DNA of 64,000 nt, taken from assembly GCA_002633005.1 (NCBI GenBank), contig NMRA01000279.1:135233-199232 (forward strand), given 5' to 3'. This DNA comes from Phoronis australis (Eukaryota; Animalia; Phoronida). The position numbers were made by a program, and so were the translations under genes. The notes beneath the pieces were generated by a model. The model was not told where the DNA came from. It saw nothing but the letters and a program-made list of their open reading frames with translations, and did not search any database. This document shows positions 13,961 through 28,191 of the stretch, piece after piece (position 1 is the first letter of the stretch; every line of letters begins with the position of its first letter).

Positions 13961-16900
13961 TATGATTAGTATTGTTAATTTCATTTTTATTATTACCATT
14001 ATAATTAAGTCACTGGTCACATGGGATCAAAGACTTGCGCTTCCCTCTGACTGTATGAGTGTGAAACACTTTTACTTCTAAGTGGCTAGCTTTTCGGAAT
14101 ATAATTTTTGACTTGGTGAAAATCATCGTGAATGCTGAACAAATACTTTTTAGGCGTTAACCATCAAGGCTAATTCACCGTCCGCTGTAACGTGTATTCT
14201 CGACATATTCACAGGCAAGTTTTTCGTGGCTTATAAATTTCGCATTTTGTACACGTTTTCACATTTCTCACTCCGCATGCACAGTGTTTTAATGCATACA
14301 CTTCACCGCTTACGTGGTGCTTTAACAAGCTCATTTGTTTGACTGATGCATTTTACATAAAGGCACATGTACTTAATTGCATGCAAGCACACCTTGACAT
14401 GCAGGTACATAGACATAAATTAGCACGTGTGGACTAAAGTTGTCCCTGGAAGACTCAATCACCAGTCAGTGACTAGCTACCCTGCACTTCATTGAAGTCT
14501 CCAGCCACAAGGGAATTTGTTGAACCCTCAGCCAACAGTATCATAACAGTCCACTAAAACATCACAAGAGCAGACCATTGAATGAACAGTGGTCATCAAA
14601 ATATTTGTACAACCACCAGAGTTACATAACTTCATAGGCAAAACATCTTGGATCAATTTAATGCCTTTGATGGCTGGTGGTCAAGCCCACACTATTGCCA
14701 CAAGTTGAAAACAACCTTGACCATTCACTGCCCAACTACAATGCTATATAGAAAACTGGGCTTGATCAGTTTAGCAAAAGTATAACACAGACAGTGCACA
14801 ACATGGTAGATGGGTATCAGGGTTTTAGGTGTGCTCCCATGTTGCAGGCACAAGTTTCATTGGCTGGCTACCAGCCCCCATCAACCAGCTGGTCACCACT
14901 GGCTGGTAGGATTATGCAAGCACGTCTGCTCCTAGATTTGCACCTAGCTGGACTGAGGAGCCAGACATAACAGACACGGAAATAATGGATATTTCAAGTT
15001 TCTGCTTTCACACGTTTAAAACATTGAATATTTAAATAAGTAAATTAATCTTAACAACTTAAAAGTGCATCTACACATCCTTGTAAATATTCCACATAGA
15101 ATTTCTTATAACTCGCAAGAAATTTCGGATTTTATGAAAGAAACCAAAACATTATGATCATTTTCAGCTTATTTAGTACATTTTTGTCCAATCTCTCTCC
15201 AGATTTTCGCCATAACATCAGCGATGTCAGAAAATTCTCATTACTAATCATTAAGTTTTGTCGAAAAATACTCTATAAATTTTGTGTTTTCCTTTGTTAC
15301 CCTTCAACACGCATCTCAAGTGATGTTAGTGAAGCATATACTCCGCAGTACCACTTTTTTGTATTGGTTCTGCTTGAACAGACTTAACCGCTAGTTTGTT
15401 GGTTATTATACAAAAGCCGTTACGGATATTAACAATTAGAAATTCCGAGAGATCGATTAACATTAACTTGTGCCAAACCCACGATTCCCGCCAGTTACAT
15501 GCACGGCCATAATGTGAACAGCGTTTGTTAGGATCACTGCAAGTTTTATTGATTACCAGATGGAGCCAAGTCTGTAACACCAAGTTGGTAACGGTACATC
15601 GAGGTTGAATCGGTATCCAAAACCACTTACACATTTTGAAATTAAAAGCGGTGAACTGAGGATGTGGACCAATTGATCTTAATGATACTCAGCCTGCAGC
15701 AAGCACGAGTACATGAAAAAGTTAATCTAGTTATTCACAAACCTCTTGCCCTAGGAGTAGTCTGAATTATTATTCATTGCTAATTAGTATCATAATTCTC
15801 TTATCATTACAATGTGAATGACTGTGATGAAAACAATAACAATATTAGGAGTAACGACATCACTGGTTCATAGCAGTACAAGCTGAGTGATGTGCAACAC
15901 AGCATGAGGCTCCAAACCCTAATTCTTCAACTATCCAGCACACACTTTCGAAGATGAGTGGAATTTTATTTTGTCAAATTTCTCCACAAAAATGAGTATA
16001 AAAGGGACATTATTGACAAGAAAAGGGATCTTACCGGATCTCGCCAAGCTCAGAATCGAACTTAAACCTGTGGTCACAGCCTAATGCTTTGCTGTCAGAT
16101 CAAAAACCCAAAGAATATTGAAAGGGGCATTTTCATTTTTAAAGCCAAGTATTAAATTTTGAAGTTATTAGCTTTGACCAGAGCACGAAAACAACATTTG
16201 TTGCGTATGTAATTTTATTACGAATCGACAATTCTCCTCGTCTGACAGACATTCCCTGAACCAACAATGGTGACTTTACCTATTAAATATACCTAGACTA
16301 CATTGTCATGTATCGAGTGGTATTTAACTCTGCCAGCAAAGCATTTATTTGACTGTGACCGTAAAGGTTTGAAGTTCAAACACACAAGAGGGCCATCTCA
16401 GAGAACCACTTTTCACACAGATGTCACTTTAAAAAAATGTTTATTAGCACAGTTTATTACATACAGCTATTATAATACAACACTGAAGGAAAATTAGATT
16501 TAATTTATCAAGGTAATCAGCATTTAAAAAATAGAACATTTGGCGATTTTGTTCATGTCAACATAAGCATCAAATTCAGTTTTAGAACCTGTTTCAGTCT
16601 GAACCCTCATACCCGGATGATGAACACCTACCTCCCCACAGCACCAACAGTTCATCTTCAAATTTAAACAACCATTACCATCGCCATGGTTACTCAAAAT
16701 CAACTTTATTGCTGTTAATATTAATTTTGTTAATGTGATTATTACTGCTGATGGTGCTGTTCCGGATATTAATTCCCTGATATTCTAGCAATGCCATTTT
16801 TTTAAATCATTGTTTTGACTCCCGTTTTGGGATGGGACGCTTTGTTTCAAATTTCTTACACGGCAATTTTGGATTCCCAATTACATAAACCAATGAACAG

Positions 16901-17441
16901 AACAGAATTCATTGACTGTTCGACAGAAAGATTCACTGTCATCAATTTGATTAATTTCATTCCAGTTTGAAGTTTGCAAGATTTCAACTTGTCTTAAATA
17001 GTACTACTAGAGGTGTTAACCACTGCCACAGTGGAGAAACAGAGAAACATCCGCAATACACTGCAGCAAATAAAATTGTTCCAAGAAGACTTCACAACTG
17101 TAAATAACCAAGCAGACAGGGCAGAAGACCAAGATCATAATAATAACATACACCTCCCACTCAGTGAGCCTGTAATACATATAATTACATTTTGATGTAA
17201 GCCATATAGAACCAGGTCATAAAAAATTAATTTCTTAAAGTGATGTTACAATATAGACAAAACGCAGACTACATAAAGTAAAATGCAACTGTCCACTAAA
17301 CTGACCAGTGACACAGAGACTGGCAACACATAAAGCTACCTAAGTCTTCTTCTAATCCATGTTTGTCAAATACTCCAAAGGTTGTTCAGTCCTGCTTGAG
17401 AAGCATTGAGCCAGTCCTCAGTACACAACCCAACAGACGCC

Positions 17442-17461
17442 ATTATGTAATGTTATGTAAC
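17442..17461. promoter_or_regulatory. tandem PAR-bZIP/D-box sites ATTATGTAAT-GTTATGTAAC
   Basis: Two abutting perfect RTTAYGTAAY matches in an intron of a PAR-bZIP gene. Confidence 0.55.
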
Positions 17462-20400
17462 TCAGCAAGTTGGCCAGACAACTAACTTCTCGCCAGACTG
17501 GGCTCGACCATTTCTACACCAGATAAAGTGGGACTTGAATAACCTAGAAGTCTATATTTTTACATATTTTGCACACAAATAATTCTATTTTCTATAGCAC
17601 AATACCCAGTTTCAAAAAATAAAAAATTCTACCAAATGCTGATTTGCGATATCTACTCAGTGGATGCCGAGTCAATTATAGACATAATTCATGTTGAGAA
17701 ACTTCAGAAATAAAATTTGCTTTGATTGTCATATTGCGTGGCGAACAGGTGAAAAATTACATTACCTTATGGAACTTCCACCGCTTAAGTCCTCCATTAC
17801 CATTAATTACAATAAAAACTCTAAAGTTCGGGATGCATTATGGCGGACAAGTGAAATTTCGTTTTGTCAAATTTCTCAACAAAAATAACTTTTCGGGAAA
17901 ATTCACTTTGCTTTTAGCATGGATTGTATGGTGAAGCTATTATCAACCAGCTATCAATAAACTCAGTTCAGTCCCTGGTATCAAGTGCTAATAGCAGTGA
18001 ACACAACTGGATTAAGAAAGAGAACATGTGTTGCACCATAACACATGAACAAAACAAGACAGAAGATGACCTGATCTACCATCAGACATGCACAATGTAG
18101 ATGCCAGAGCCTCGTCAAAAAAGATCACGCAACACGTCGCCAGACACTGTGATGTATTACGAGGGAACCACGAGATCACAATGGCTTCCTTCTAGAGTCT
18201 TGTGTCTAACTCAACAAAGACAAATACAGGAAATTTTATTGAAAAGTAAGGAGGGAAGGCGCAGGGTACAGGTCTATGATGGTATTTAAGGGCATGGTTA
18301 GGGCTTTGCACAAAAGAGAAATAGTCTTTCCATGGAGTCATTTACCAGCCAACAGCATGCCCTCTGTCCCTTGAAGTCTGGCATGGCTGGTAATGAAAAC
18401 TTTCATTAGAGAAATGCAAAACACTTATTTTAAAAAACTCCATTTGCACAAATCGGCGAACACTTTATTTAAAAAATTGTTAATTTTCACCTAATTTCAT
18501 AACAGAAATTAATAAAATATGCAAGTAAGCAAATGAGAAAATCATTTTCAGGACTTAACAAATAAATACCATATATAGTCTCCCTACTACCTAATTGTGA
18601 GGATTCTAAATATCAGCAGTATCAATGTGGCAAGAAAACAAAGGTAACAACAGCGCAAACCAAACCAGCCACTAGCGTAAGCCAAACCAGCCCTGTTGGG
18701 AAAATCAGCTCACTTAACTAGGCATGGCCGAAGACCAGCAAAGCCTCAGTTGTTATCTCCCTCAATTCTTTGATGTGTAGGCCACAAACTACAGAACTCA
18801 ATGAATGAAGCAGGAGCAGCCTAGCTAATTAGTTAGCAACACTCAATATAATGAATACACTGACTGGCTGCCATGCAATTCCCTGGGTGCACTATACTAC
18901 GACGTTCATGGCCAACACCCATGAGTAAAACGTAAGGTTAATCATAACAGGGCTTTTTCCGTCATCGTGTACGCAGAAACGCTTACGCATGTGCTAATGT
19001 CTCGCCCACTTAGGACACAATATGGTGGTTGAGTGACATTTTTCCGTTAACGTAAGCAGCACCGTATGAATGCTTCAAAGCTTTAAATCAGAAGTACAAT
19101 CGGACAATGTTTTGAGAAATTGGAGACGTGCACAACTACGTAGAGGCCCTTAGAAAAGAAAGAAATGTAATTTTGGCAATTATTTTTTGTCCGAAATTGG
19201 TGAGACTTATCCATAATTCAATCCAACAAACAAAAAATGTCCAGAAGACGCGATAGTGATCAAAAATGCAACCCATGAATGCAGGTTTCAACGAATGTGA
19301 AACATTTTTTACAAGCGTCTGTACTTAGCAACAAAACAACACCAAAAAGCCTATGAAAATGGTTCTTGCAAATGATAACTTTTGTACGAAATTGACAGCA
19401 ACTGATTTCGAAATTTGTTCTATCAGGGAACTCAGAGATTCAGGTACAACCCAATAAGCATCTTCCGCCCATAGAGGGAGTGGCTGGTTGATGACACAGT
19501 CTTAACTTCTGATACACAAACATATTTACTGAACCATAAGTAAGTGGTGAGCTGTTGTCAAACCAAGAAAAGTCTATTAAAGATAATCTTTTAATGGATT
19601 GGGATGAAACCCAAATACACTAGACAGACACTGATAACAATCAAGTGCATCCCTGCACTAACTTTGGAAGCTCAACATGATTGGCTAATGGGTCAATGCC
19701 CTAAATCGGGCAATATGACTAAGACTAGCACAATGTAGGTTGACTTCTTCAGGTACAACAAACTAAATAACTACAATGAGTTCTGAAGGTTCCAGTGAGT
19801 AAAGAAAAAATGACCACGATATTAAGAATGATGAATAAAAATTCAAGCCATCAGAGGGGAATAACCTCACAATGGTACACTGACAAAACATGCCACGATT
19901 CCTAGTACTGGATAAGGGCCAGTGTAATATTATTAGAAAACCATAAACAAACAGGATTCAGTTTCACTGGAAACGGATGAGTTTCCATTCAGACAAGTGA
20001 GTTCACAAATTAGTTCTGCGGAAACTACTGACTCCGATTGTGACTATATTGACCACTCCCTGTGTGGCTATTATCTCATGTTCTACCACAATTTGTGTGC
20101 ATTATTTGAACAAAAACACGGCACAATGACTGGACATTTAATGGTGAAGTAACACAAGAACTGGGTTAAAGAAAGCACAACAGCCAGATATAGCTGATAA
20201 CCTTTTTGAGAAACATCAACGCTTAAATTTTCACCACCACCTAGTTTGCATAGTAACCAGAAAGGTCAGATTTGGCCAAGCAACTATAGTCAAAAAATCC
20301 AACTTCAGACAAAGACAGTGTTGCACGAGTTCCTCCATTTTGGGAGCTTAAGATTTCTCGCAGCATGTTTGTTCAAGAAAATTATGAAAGAAATTGTTTG

Positions 20401-21532
20401 GTAAAATGAATTCATTTGTAGTAATGAGGAGAAAGTGTTAATAACAATGGAAAACAAAAGAAAACAGCCATAAAGACTACAGCAGTTGATCATCTTGTTT
20501 TACTTAAAACAGAAAGAGAAAAATGAAAATGTATTACGCAGTTACATAATTAATGGCAATGCTCCTAAAATGATTGACGATCAAAGAAATAAAGCATAAC
20601 AATTCATGAAACTAAAAATTCATGATATTTATTTAGCAACATCACAAAATGAACTTGGCCGTCAGAAACTGAATTGCAAAGGACCGTTCCATGGTATCAT
20701 ATTTCCAACCATATATATTAATTCCACGAAAGATTTCAGAAACTGAAAATAGCATTGAAAATTTAGTTTCAGACTTTATTTCCTTCAAATGAAAGCCAGT
20801 TTCTAAGAAACAAAACATCGTTAAATCTACAAGGGACTAATCACCGCTGTTATAAAAAATAGAAAAATAAAACAATAAATAAGAATTTAGCATTATATTT
20901 AAACTTATCAGAAAATCTGTACCTTCACCAAAATAGCTAAAAAATAGCTCCTTAAGTAAAGTGTTTTTTTTTTCTGACAGCAGAAAGCGTATACAATTTT
21001 TGTTATTAATTGGAACATATGACAATATATTTTTAGTAAAACTAAGCAAAAAAGAAAGGCACCTCATAACAAGTATGTATCAATAAAATTACATAATTTC
21101 TTTTGAAATAAGTGTTCTAAAGTGAAATCTTAAAAAGCTGCTGCAGTCTTCTACACTGTCATTCAGTTTTTGTATTATAAAATTTGATGATTTATTCGTA
21201 GAAATACGGATTGCGCTATTTTTTATATTCCCTCATGCAATATTTCAAAAACAAACCCTCAACGCATTTGAAGAACAGAGCATAAGGCAAAGCTTTATTT
21301 AAATATGTCCCACTCATAAATAATGTTCTTAAATTGCCCAGATTTGGACATTTTTCTAGTTTTTCGCATAACCTTAACACAATAAGAGATTTCAGTTTTA
21401 CAGCTACCCATTTTCTCACAAGGACACTTTTAAATTCTGAGCTAGTGCAGATAAATAACTGATAAATATGATCAAACGAAAGACAAGACCACTTCTCACA
21501 AGACTTTGTATTTACGTGACAATTCTGCCTAC

Positions 21533-21707
21533 CCCACATTCCATACATCGCCTCTGTCGACATCCCCATGCTCATAGTTGGAGTCGGCATGCTGGGTAGA
21601 GTCATGTTCGGCAACGACGAGATTGCGCTTAATGATGAAGGTGGAGGTAGCATATTATTAGCACCTAGCCCATAAGGCATGCTTTCTGGATAACTCATTC
21701 CCTCCAT
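21533..21707 (-). CDS. alternative N-terminal coding exon of the bZIP gene (MEGMSYPESMPYGLGANNMLPPPSSLS...EAMYGMW-G); exon including UTR starts at 21864
   Basis: GC-richer Met/Pro/Ser-rich ORF of 58 codons + 1 nt ending at TGG G|GTAGGC (phase 1); strong acceptor ttttcttttcttttcag| at 21865/21864. Confidence 0.75.
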
Positions 21708-22756
21708 TGTTTGTTTAGCACTGATTTACATAAAAACGAAAAACAATCAGCAACTGTAATCACTGAGTCCGCACTGCTCAAACTCGAATGCTCAGATGAC
21801 ACAAACTTCAGTCAATGCTCTGTAATCATTACAAACTGGCAGCCAGCAACCTAATTAAATCCACCTGAAAAGAAAAGAAAACATATTTCAAAACAAAACC
21901 ACAGAATGTGAAACGGGTCGATTTATAAAATAATTATGACCGCCGACACAAGATCTACCGAGTTAACCTAAATACTGGTGTACATATATGAAAAATAACT
22001 GCCACATCACAGTTAAATAACACTTACACAAGAGGATAACTTACATTTAAAATTCCTCATTCCGTAATAGTTTAGTTTTAACTATGATAAGACGGTTAAC
22101 GAACCAATTCATTGAAAAAGTAAAAATGGTGAAGCAAATGTTGTTTTAAAATCAACTTAAATAAACACCAATTTCAATAGAAACTATCCAAGATGAAAAT
22201 ACAAAATACAAAATGAATTTCCAATTTTATCAACAACCTCACATATAAATAAATGAACAAAACAATCTTTTTTCAGACCAGAGCATTTTCAAACCTTAAT
22301 GGCCAAAAAGGTACAAACAAATTCTAATCAGAGAACAAAATTCCCTCTATCAAAATAATCAGGGACTCAGTCCTTGACATACCTCACTTGGCCTTCACTT
22401 TGTAATAAGCTGAAATACAGTCTGTTAATGGCCTGTTGTGTCAGCCATATTACATAAGTCGGAATAACTGATATTTACCATTAGCAATACAATAACCCCT
22501 GGCTGCTCACCTCCACTTCTTTATCAATTTAAGTTTCATCTAAACTCCTGAATTACTAGGCATACTAATACTGTGGCCAGACACATCCAATGGTCAGTCT
22601 CTGACTCACTAACTGACCACTCACTGATGTGGTCAAGTCTCAAGCCGGTACCTGACCTTTTTCACATGTTATCACATATTGCAAGAAAGGGAATACACAG
22701 TGGTTCTCTGGTCAAATCACTCCATCGTTTGTTGAACATCGAAGTCAAATACTCAC

Positions 22757-22787
22757 CCTTCAGTTCCATTGGCCAGTTCTTGATCAT
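22757..22787 (-). CDS. candidate alternative first coding micro-exon (MIKNWPMELK-G)
   Basis: ATG..AAG G|GTGAGT (phase 1); TGACCAATGG CCAAT box ~190 bp upstream (~22972). Confidence 0.4.
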
Positions 22788-24139
22788 TCTGTATGTCCAC
22801 TTTAGCAGGCTACGCACAATGCAAACACAGGAGCTGGAGTCTCTCTCAATGCTGGCCAGTCAGTTACAGCGATATCTTATAACAACTAGTAATAGGTCAG
22901 CCAAAGGTCAGAGAGTTCACAACAAAGAGTCAGGGTGGAACGTCCCTTTAACACGCTGTTAATGAAGATCCTGACCAATGGGAGAACGAATCAAATCAAA
23001 GAAACTGAAGAGTTAGGTTTGCCTGTGATAGGGCCAGGTTGAAAGTGGACCATACATTAGCTGGGGGCATATCAGACAGCAGGAAAGTACCAGATAGAAA
23101 GTGCAGACAGGCTGTGGTCAATACAGCCAGGGGTTATGAGTTGCAGAAAGCATTTGCACAGGCCATTGTGCCCATTAGACAGCGCTATTGAATTTCATCC
23201 CACCAGCACACAACAGGAATCAAAAGCTGTTATTTGAATTTCACAAAATGTCTGAATGCCCACCTATTGGACAACCAAACTTGGACTAAAATGGACACAA
23301 CACTCCGCAACACTCAGTTTGATACAGCATGAATAACAAGGGTTGAAGGAGTACGACCCCCTAAAGGAAATTAAAAACAGAGCACTAAATTTTAGAAAAT
23401 GTCCTAGCATAACTTGGCCGTAACAAAAGCACATCAAGCACCAATACAATCAAGGCTCAATTCAAAAACAAAACCTTTGAACTCGCATGCTCAGCCGATG
23501 GATGACCAAAGAGTCATTGACAGAAAAGTTTTCAAAAGGAATTTGAGCGAGAATCGAAACAAACACAACTTGGAAAACATTTGCACAAACTGGAGTGTTT
23601 ATTCTACTGCTTTACACAATGTCATCTACACAAGATCTAGGACTGACCCTCTCTGTAAAAATGACAGTCTAATAATATTGACCAGCAAATCGATCACAGG
23701 AGCTGATAACTTAAAATTTTTGATTGTTGACTATAGTTTCCAGATAGGGTGTAATAGAAAATCGGTATTTTTGATGGCAGATTAAATATTCACTCGACTT
23801 TTTTGTGAAGATAAAATAGAATACTACATATGTAAAACGGAGATTTTGTTAATCGTTGCCACTGGACTGTGTCCAATTTCAGAATATCCGAATGACTTTA
23901 CTTAAGTGCAGACACTTGCCCAATTTACTTTTGGGAATAGAGTGGGCAGCCGCCGCTCCCTTTGCCTGACACGTTTCTCACGAACAACGATTCTGACGAT
24001 TCAAGGCAAAGAACCAGTCGATTCAAAATTTGCCGATCAATTTGGGCCAAAGTTTGGTCCCCATACGTCAATGGCAAATTATGTCCAGCTGACTTTCAAA
24101 ATGTCTTGACAGATTATGGTATTTCCATGCAAATGTTCA

Positions 24140-24336
24140 GGACCAAGAGAAAATACCAAAATCAGACACTCTAGTCCACTCAGCCATCGGGTCCTAGGTT
24201 CAAGTCGCGGTTGGGGCAGAAATCTTCAGATTTATGTTCATTAGGTCATGTTATGTGGCCAACAGGTGTCGTGCAGACCAGACTTAAAATGTTTGCAATC
24301 TATATTTCCACACCGGTTCAAGATTTACATATTCAC
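24140..24336 (+). mobile_element. tRNA-derived SINE (same family as 13767) with inverted 5' head
   Basis: Body 24193-24336 is colinear with ~13820-13960; 24140-24194 is the reverse complement of the head (GGACCCGATGGCTGAGTGGACTAGAGTGTCT). Confidence 0.7.
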
Positions 24337-24412
24337 TTAGAAAACGTTAGTATGCACCAGACATAGTAACAGCAATAGATGATTTTCGAAATAGCCGTGT
24401 TATATTGAAATT

Positions 24413-24890
24413 CACTATCGCCCCAGACATGGATCAGGTTTTTGATGGACAGGCATTCAGCGCCACCTACATATCCCACGTAACACTGACTGGAGGTTTC
24501 AATCTACTGGTATATATGTAAACAGTGTTTAAGCAACTTTCCTGTTTCCGTAATTCCGACAAGCTTCTAATACTGCAAGAGCGGATGTACTAAAAGGGTT
24601 TACGGAAAAAGGGAAACGTCTTGGAATATCTACGAAGGACGTCATGCTCCGTAAATTTCCCACTGCGAAGAATCCGTTGCTGCGTAGTCGGTGGCTTATA
24701 ACAAAGATAGCGAAGGAAGACGATGATGAAAATGAGGCATGTGGACGAGGGCCAGAAAATCCTGATGGACATACTGACACACCCTGGATAGCATAACCTT
24801 TAATTTAGCAAGTAACCCATAGGTGTCTCTTTCAACTAGGAAACAGCAGCGCTGGAAGCTCGTTGTCATGTCCAGATCGATGTCTCCACG
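24413..24890 (+). mobile_element. possible decayed THAP-domain (P-element-like) DNA transposon fragment
   Basis: YCKSGC followed after a frameshift by KDVMLRKFPTAKNPLLRSRWL (THAP-like FP...W spacing); imperfect inverted ends AGACATGGATCAGG / CCAGATCGATGTCT. Confidence 0.35.
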
Positions 24891-26514
24891 GTATCACACC
24901 ACACTACAGGCTTTTCTCCCAAATTAACTTCAGTATTAGAGGATTGTCCTTGTAAACTGCGAAGATAGTTGAACCTTTCAGACTGGCTCAGGTGGTTAGC
25001 GGACACTCAAATTATCGTAGTTATATTGTGTCAGTCGCCATAAAAAATGTTATGCAGGTATATTTCTTAAAACTTAAAGTGTCTTACATCTGATCATATA
25101 TTATTTAAGCATTAAATTATTTTATGTAAGCTATACTACTTCATCATCCTCTTATTGTTTTGATTCCCGGGTCAGTGACCCTCTTTGTTCTCCCACTATT
25201 GGTTCATTTGTATCACGATTTCTTTGTCTCGTCACAACACTGTACCAGCGTCCATATATTTTCTTCAACTTTGTATTTTTCAGTCAATTTTAGTTTGTCA
25301 TAATAAATATGACCTTTTATCTCACCCTCACGTGTTGTTTCAATGTAATTCAGCTTCCGTATTGCTCGCAGTTAGCGCATATAAAATAACACAACGCGTG
25401 TTGTTATTTACAGCAACAACCGCTGAGAACTCTGTCGACACTGAAGTTAACCGTTCAAACTGCATCAAACCGTTAACGCTGCACTGTTAAATCCACAAAT
25501 GGGAATTTAATTTGCATGGACTCAATGACATTGTTAGCAAAGGTTTTAGAACAGCAATTTGACTAGAAACACAGAATGGCATATCATTGGTTACGGATGC
25601 CCCGAGAAGTTGGGGAAACCCATTTGGATGCCTGGTTTTTGAAATACTGGACGAATCTTGGAGTATCCTGCACAGTCACAGGTGTTAACAACTGAGTATT
25701 GCTATGCCGATTGAAAAAAGATTTAGGTAGATTACTCCTATAATGTTATGTAGGTCCCTTGAAAAATGTTGAAATCATGCCAACTTCAAAACACCAGATG
25801 TGGTAGAATAGATTCACGTGAAAATTTTGCATATTACTTGCCTGATGCACTTACTTCAAATCCATGTGAGGAATTGTTCTGTTTTTACAAGAGGGACTAT
25901 CAAAAAATAGAAATTTACGATTTTCAAGAAAGGACCCAAAATAGCATAAAATAAAATATTTTTAGACAACTGTGACAGCTGTTTTTGAGTATTCCTCTTC
26001 AACATTTATATCAAATGAAATTTGGTCATTTTATAGATACCACTGTTTTTCTATGAATCTTTCTTTGTTTATGGAAAAATTGACTAAAAAGACACATGGT
26101 ACTGTGACTCAGTTAACACCACATTGCAACTAATTTAAAAAACAAATTCTACTGGTTTTCTATTTTCAGAAAATATATAGTTTACAGAGTTAATTTCCAT
26201 AGTTTTATAATTATTAGGCTAAATGCATTCCTAACATTAATTGAATTAAAAGCAGAAATCTGCTATGAAGACAAACAATTAACATGTTATTTATACACTG
26301 CCCACCAGGCAGAGTATGCAGGTTTGATGTAAATGCAGACAGCAGCATTAATCAGCCACCTGGGCCTTCAACAGGTGTTGATAGTAAGTCGATATTGCTA
26401 AGTCATAGTTCACTAATGACAAGAGGACTTCCAATCCTCAGGAAGTTGAAATTGTCGCGAGGAGAGAAACCCACCACCCACCATACAAAGTTACCCAACT
26501 TAGAACACCTCCTA

Positions 26515-26670
26515 CGGTAAAAATTCTCCAATTTGGACATTCTCTAGAATTTGGGACAAGCAACTCCTGAAAAAAATTAACTTGCTTCATTTTGGAATTT
26601 GGGACAAGGGCGATTTAGATATTCACCATATTTCTCAAATTTCCGACATGTTTTCAATCTATATCGTGGG
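26515..26670 (+). mobile_element. truncated copy of the 5531-5820 MITE
   Basis: TA|CGGTAAAAATTCTCCAATTT..TCTCTAGAATTTGGGACA..ATTCACCATATTTCTCAAATTT colinear with 5531-5665. Confidence 0.75.
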
Positions 26671-26689
26671 TAAAGCTGCCGTCTCTCTA

Positions 26690-26832
26690 CATTTACTGAG
26701 ACACAGCTCAGAGGAGTAGGAGACCCTTTGATGTAGGCCTAATGCTCGATGGACTGCCAGTAAAGCCAGGATTTGAACCGGGGTCAACCAAACGGGAGTC
26801 CAAAGCCCCAACCGCTACACCACAGTGTCTCC
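26690..26832 (-). mobile_element. tRNA-derived SINE (second family)
   Basis: Minus strand GGAGACACTGTGGTGTAGCGGTTGGGGC...GGTTCAAATCCTGGC contains A- and B-box; no intact acceptor stem; appears to interrupt the MITE at 26515. Confidence 0.6.
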
Positions 26833-28191
26833 TCAAAGAGTTACCGGTACAACTTGTTCAATTATTAACCTTGCATTCAAATGATACATTCCACAAAGAA
26901 ATTATTTTTGTTTATGAGCTATAACTCAAATTCGTATCACGTCAAGTAGTTTCCAACAACTATCTAATTAAAAGACACTACGCCATATAAGGTAAAATCT
27001 AACCAATTTCGACACAGTATGACAGACAAGTGGAATTTTATTTTTCTATTTTTGCATAAAATATGAGTAGCACTGCCTATCAGGAGAATTTCATGAATCA
27101 CAATCAAGTACATTACTTATAATGATTTGAACGTTTTCAACCGTCCATGGTAACCGTGGTCAACACCCTCTTCCTGACATTGCATTGCCCAAAGCGGGAA
27201 CTTCATCACGTGACTTTAAGTCCAACTAACCAACATTCTAAGAATAATTTAACCTGATATTTTAATCTCCACCATTGCCTACACGCCAGTACTTCGGCTT
27301 CAGATGATCTGCAGAAGTCTCCGAGATGGGGACGCCATGTTATCAATCATATAAAGTAAGTGCATTGTTGATAAAATAGCTAGAAAAGTTATGATCTAGG
27401 TTTATGACAGTGGAGGATGTAGAATGGTCCACTTGGCTACTAAATGAAGGCACTGAAACTTGCGTGGCTCTGTAGATTAGTAATTGCAAAACAAACTTGT
27501 GGATATGTTTGGACTGAAACATTTTGGGAATAGACTTCTATGGTGTTTTGTTTGGAGATGAATATTGTTAAGTGATTTCCCAAAATTAAAAATAAGTTCT
27601 GGATGGAATTTTTTTCCATCTTGAAAGAATTTGTGTCATTGACCCAGGGGACCTTGGCGAACTTAGAAAATCTCATTTATCAACTGCTCTGGTACAATTC
27701 CTAGATTAGAATTAGCAAGTCAGCATTTTGTAAGTCGTGAAACGACGAAGGAGTAAGGTTTGTGAATGAATAATGATTGACTTTTTCTAGATTATGACGC
27801 TTTGTGAAAAGTTTTCATTTAGACCTATGATAACATTTTTATGGGCTTAGGAAAGCAATAACTTTCTGCCTAGATCGGTGATAGAAATTCAAATACTAGA
27901 GTTGTGCTATGTCTACCACATTATCCGGAAGTGCTAAATCAGATAACAAAAATTAAGAAAAGGGTGTAGATCAAAGTATGATATATTTATTCGTAATATG
28001 AAGATAAAACTGATCTCAGAGGAATGGATTTCTGAGATGAGTAATGAATTAACTATGCGTTGGAAAACAGTACTTAAATGTTTTTGATTTTTCTCTAGAT
28101 GTTAAATTGTGATGGCTCCAGTATCGACAAGTTCACAGAATATTATGTACAAATTTATATCTTTATGAAACAAGTGTCTCGGAATCTTCTA

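Noticed and set aside
15625-18990. One-codon phase-1 candidates ATG T|GTAAGT (~15631) and ATG C|GTAAGC (~18987)
   Set aside because: Weak exon-side donor bases and no promoter support; indistinguishable from chance.
21216-21532. C-terminal part of the 163-aa ORF 21216-21707
   Set aside because: Composition turns AT-rich and intron-like right after the donor at 21533; read-through into intron.
26760-26832. Possible tRNA genes here and at 13767
   Set aside because: A/B boxes present but no complete cloverleaf, and they continue into SINE bodies.
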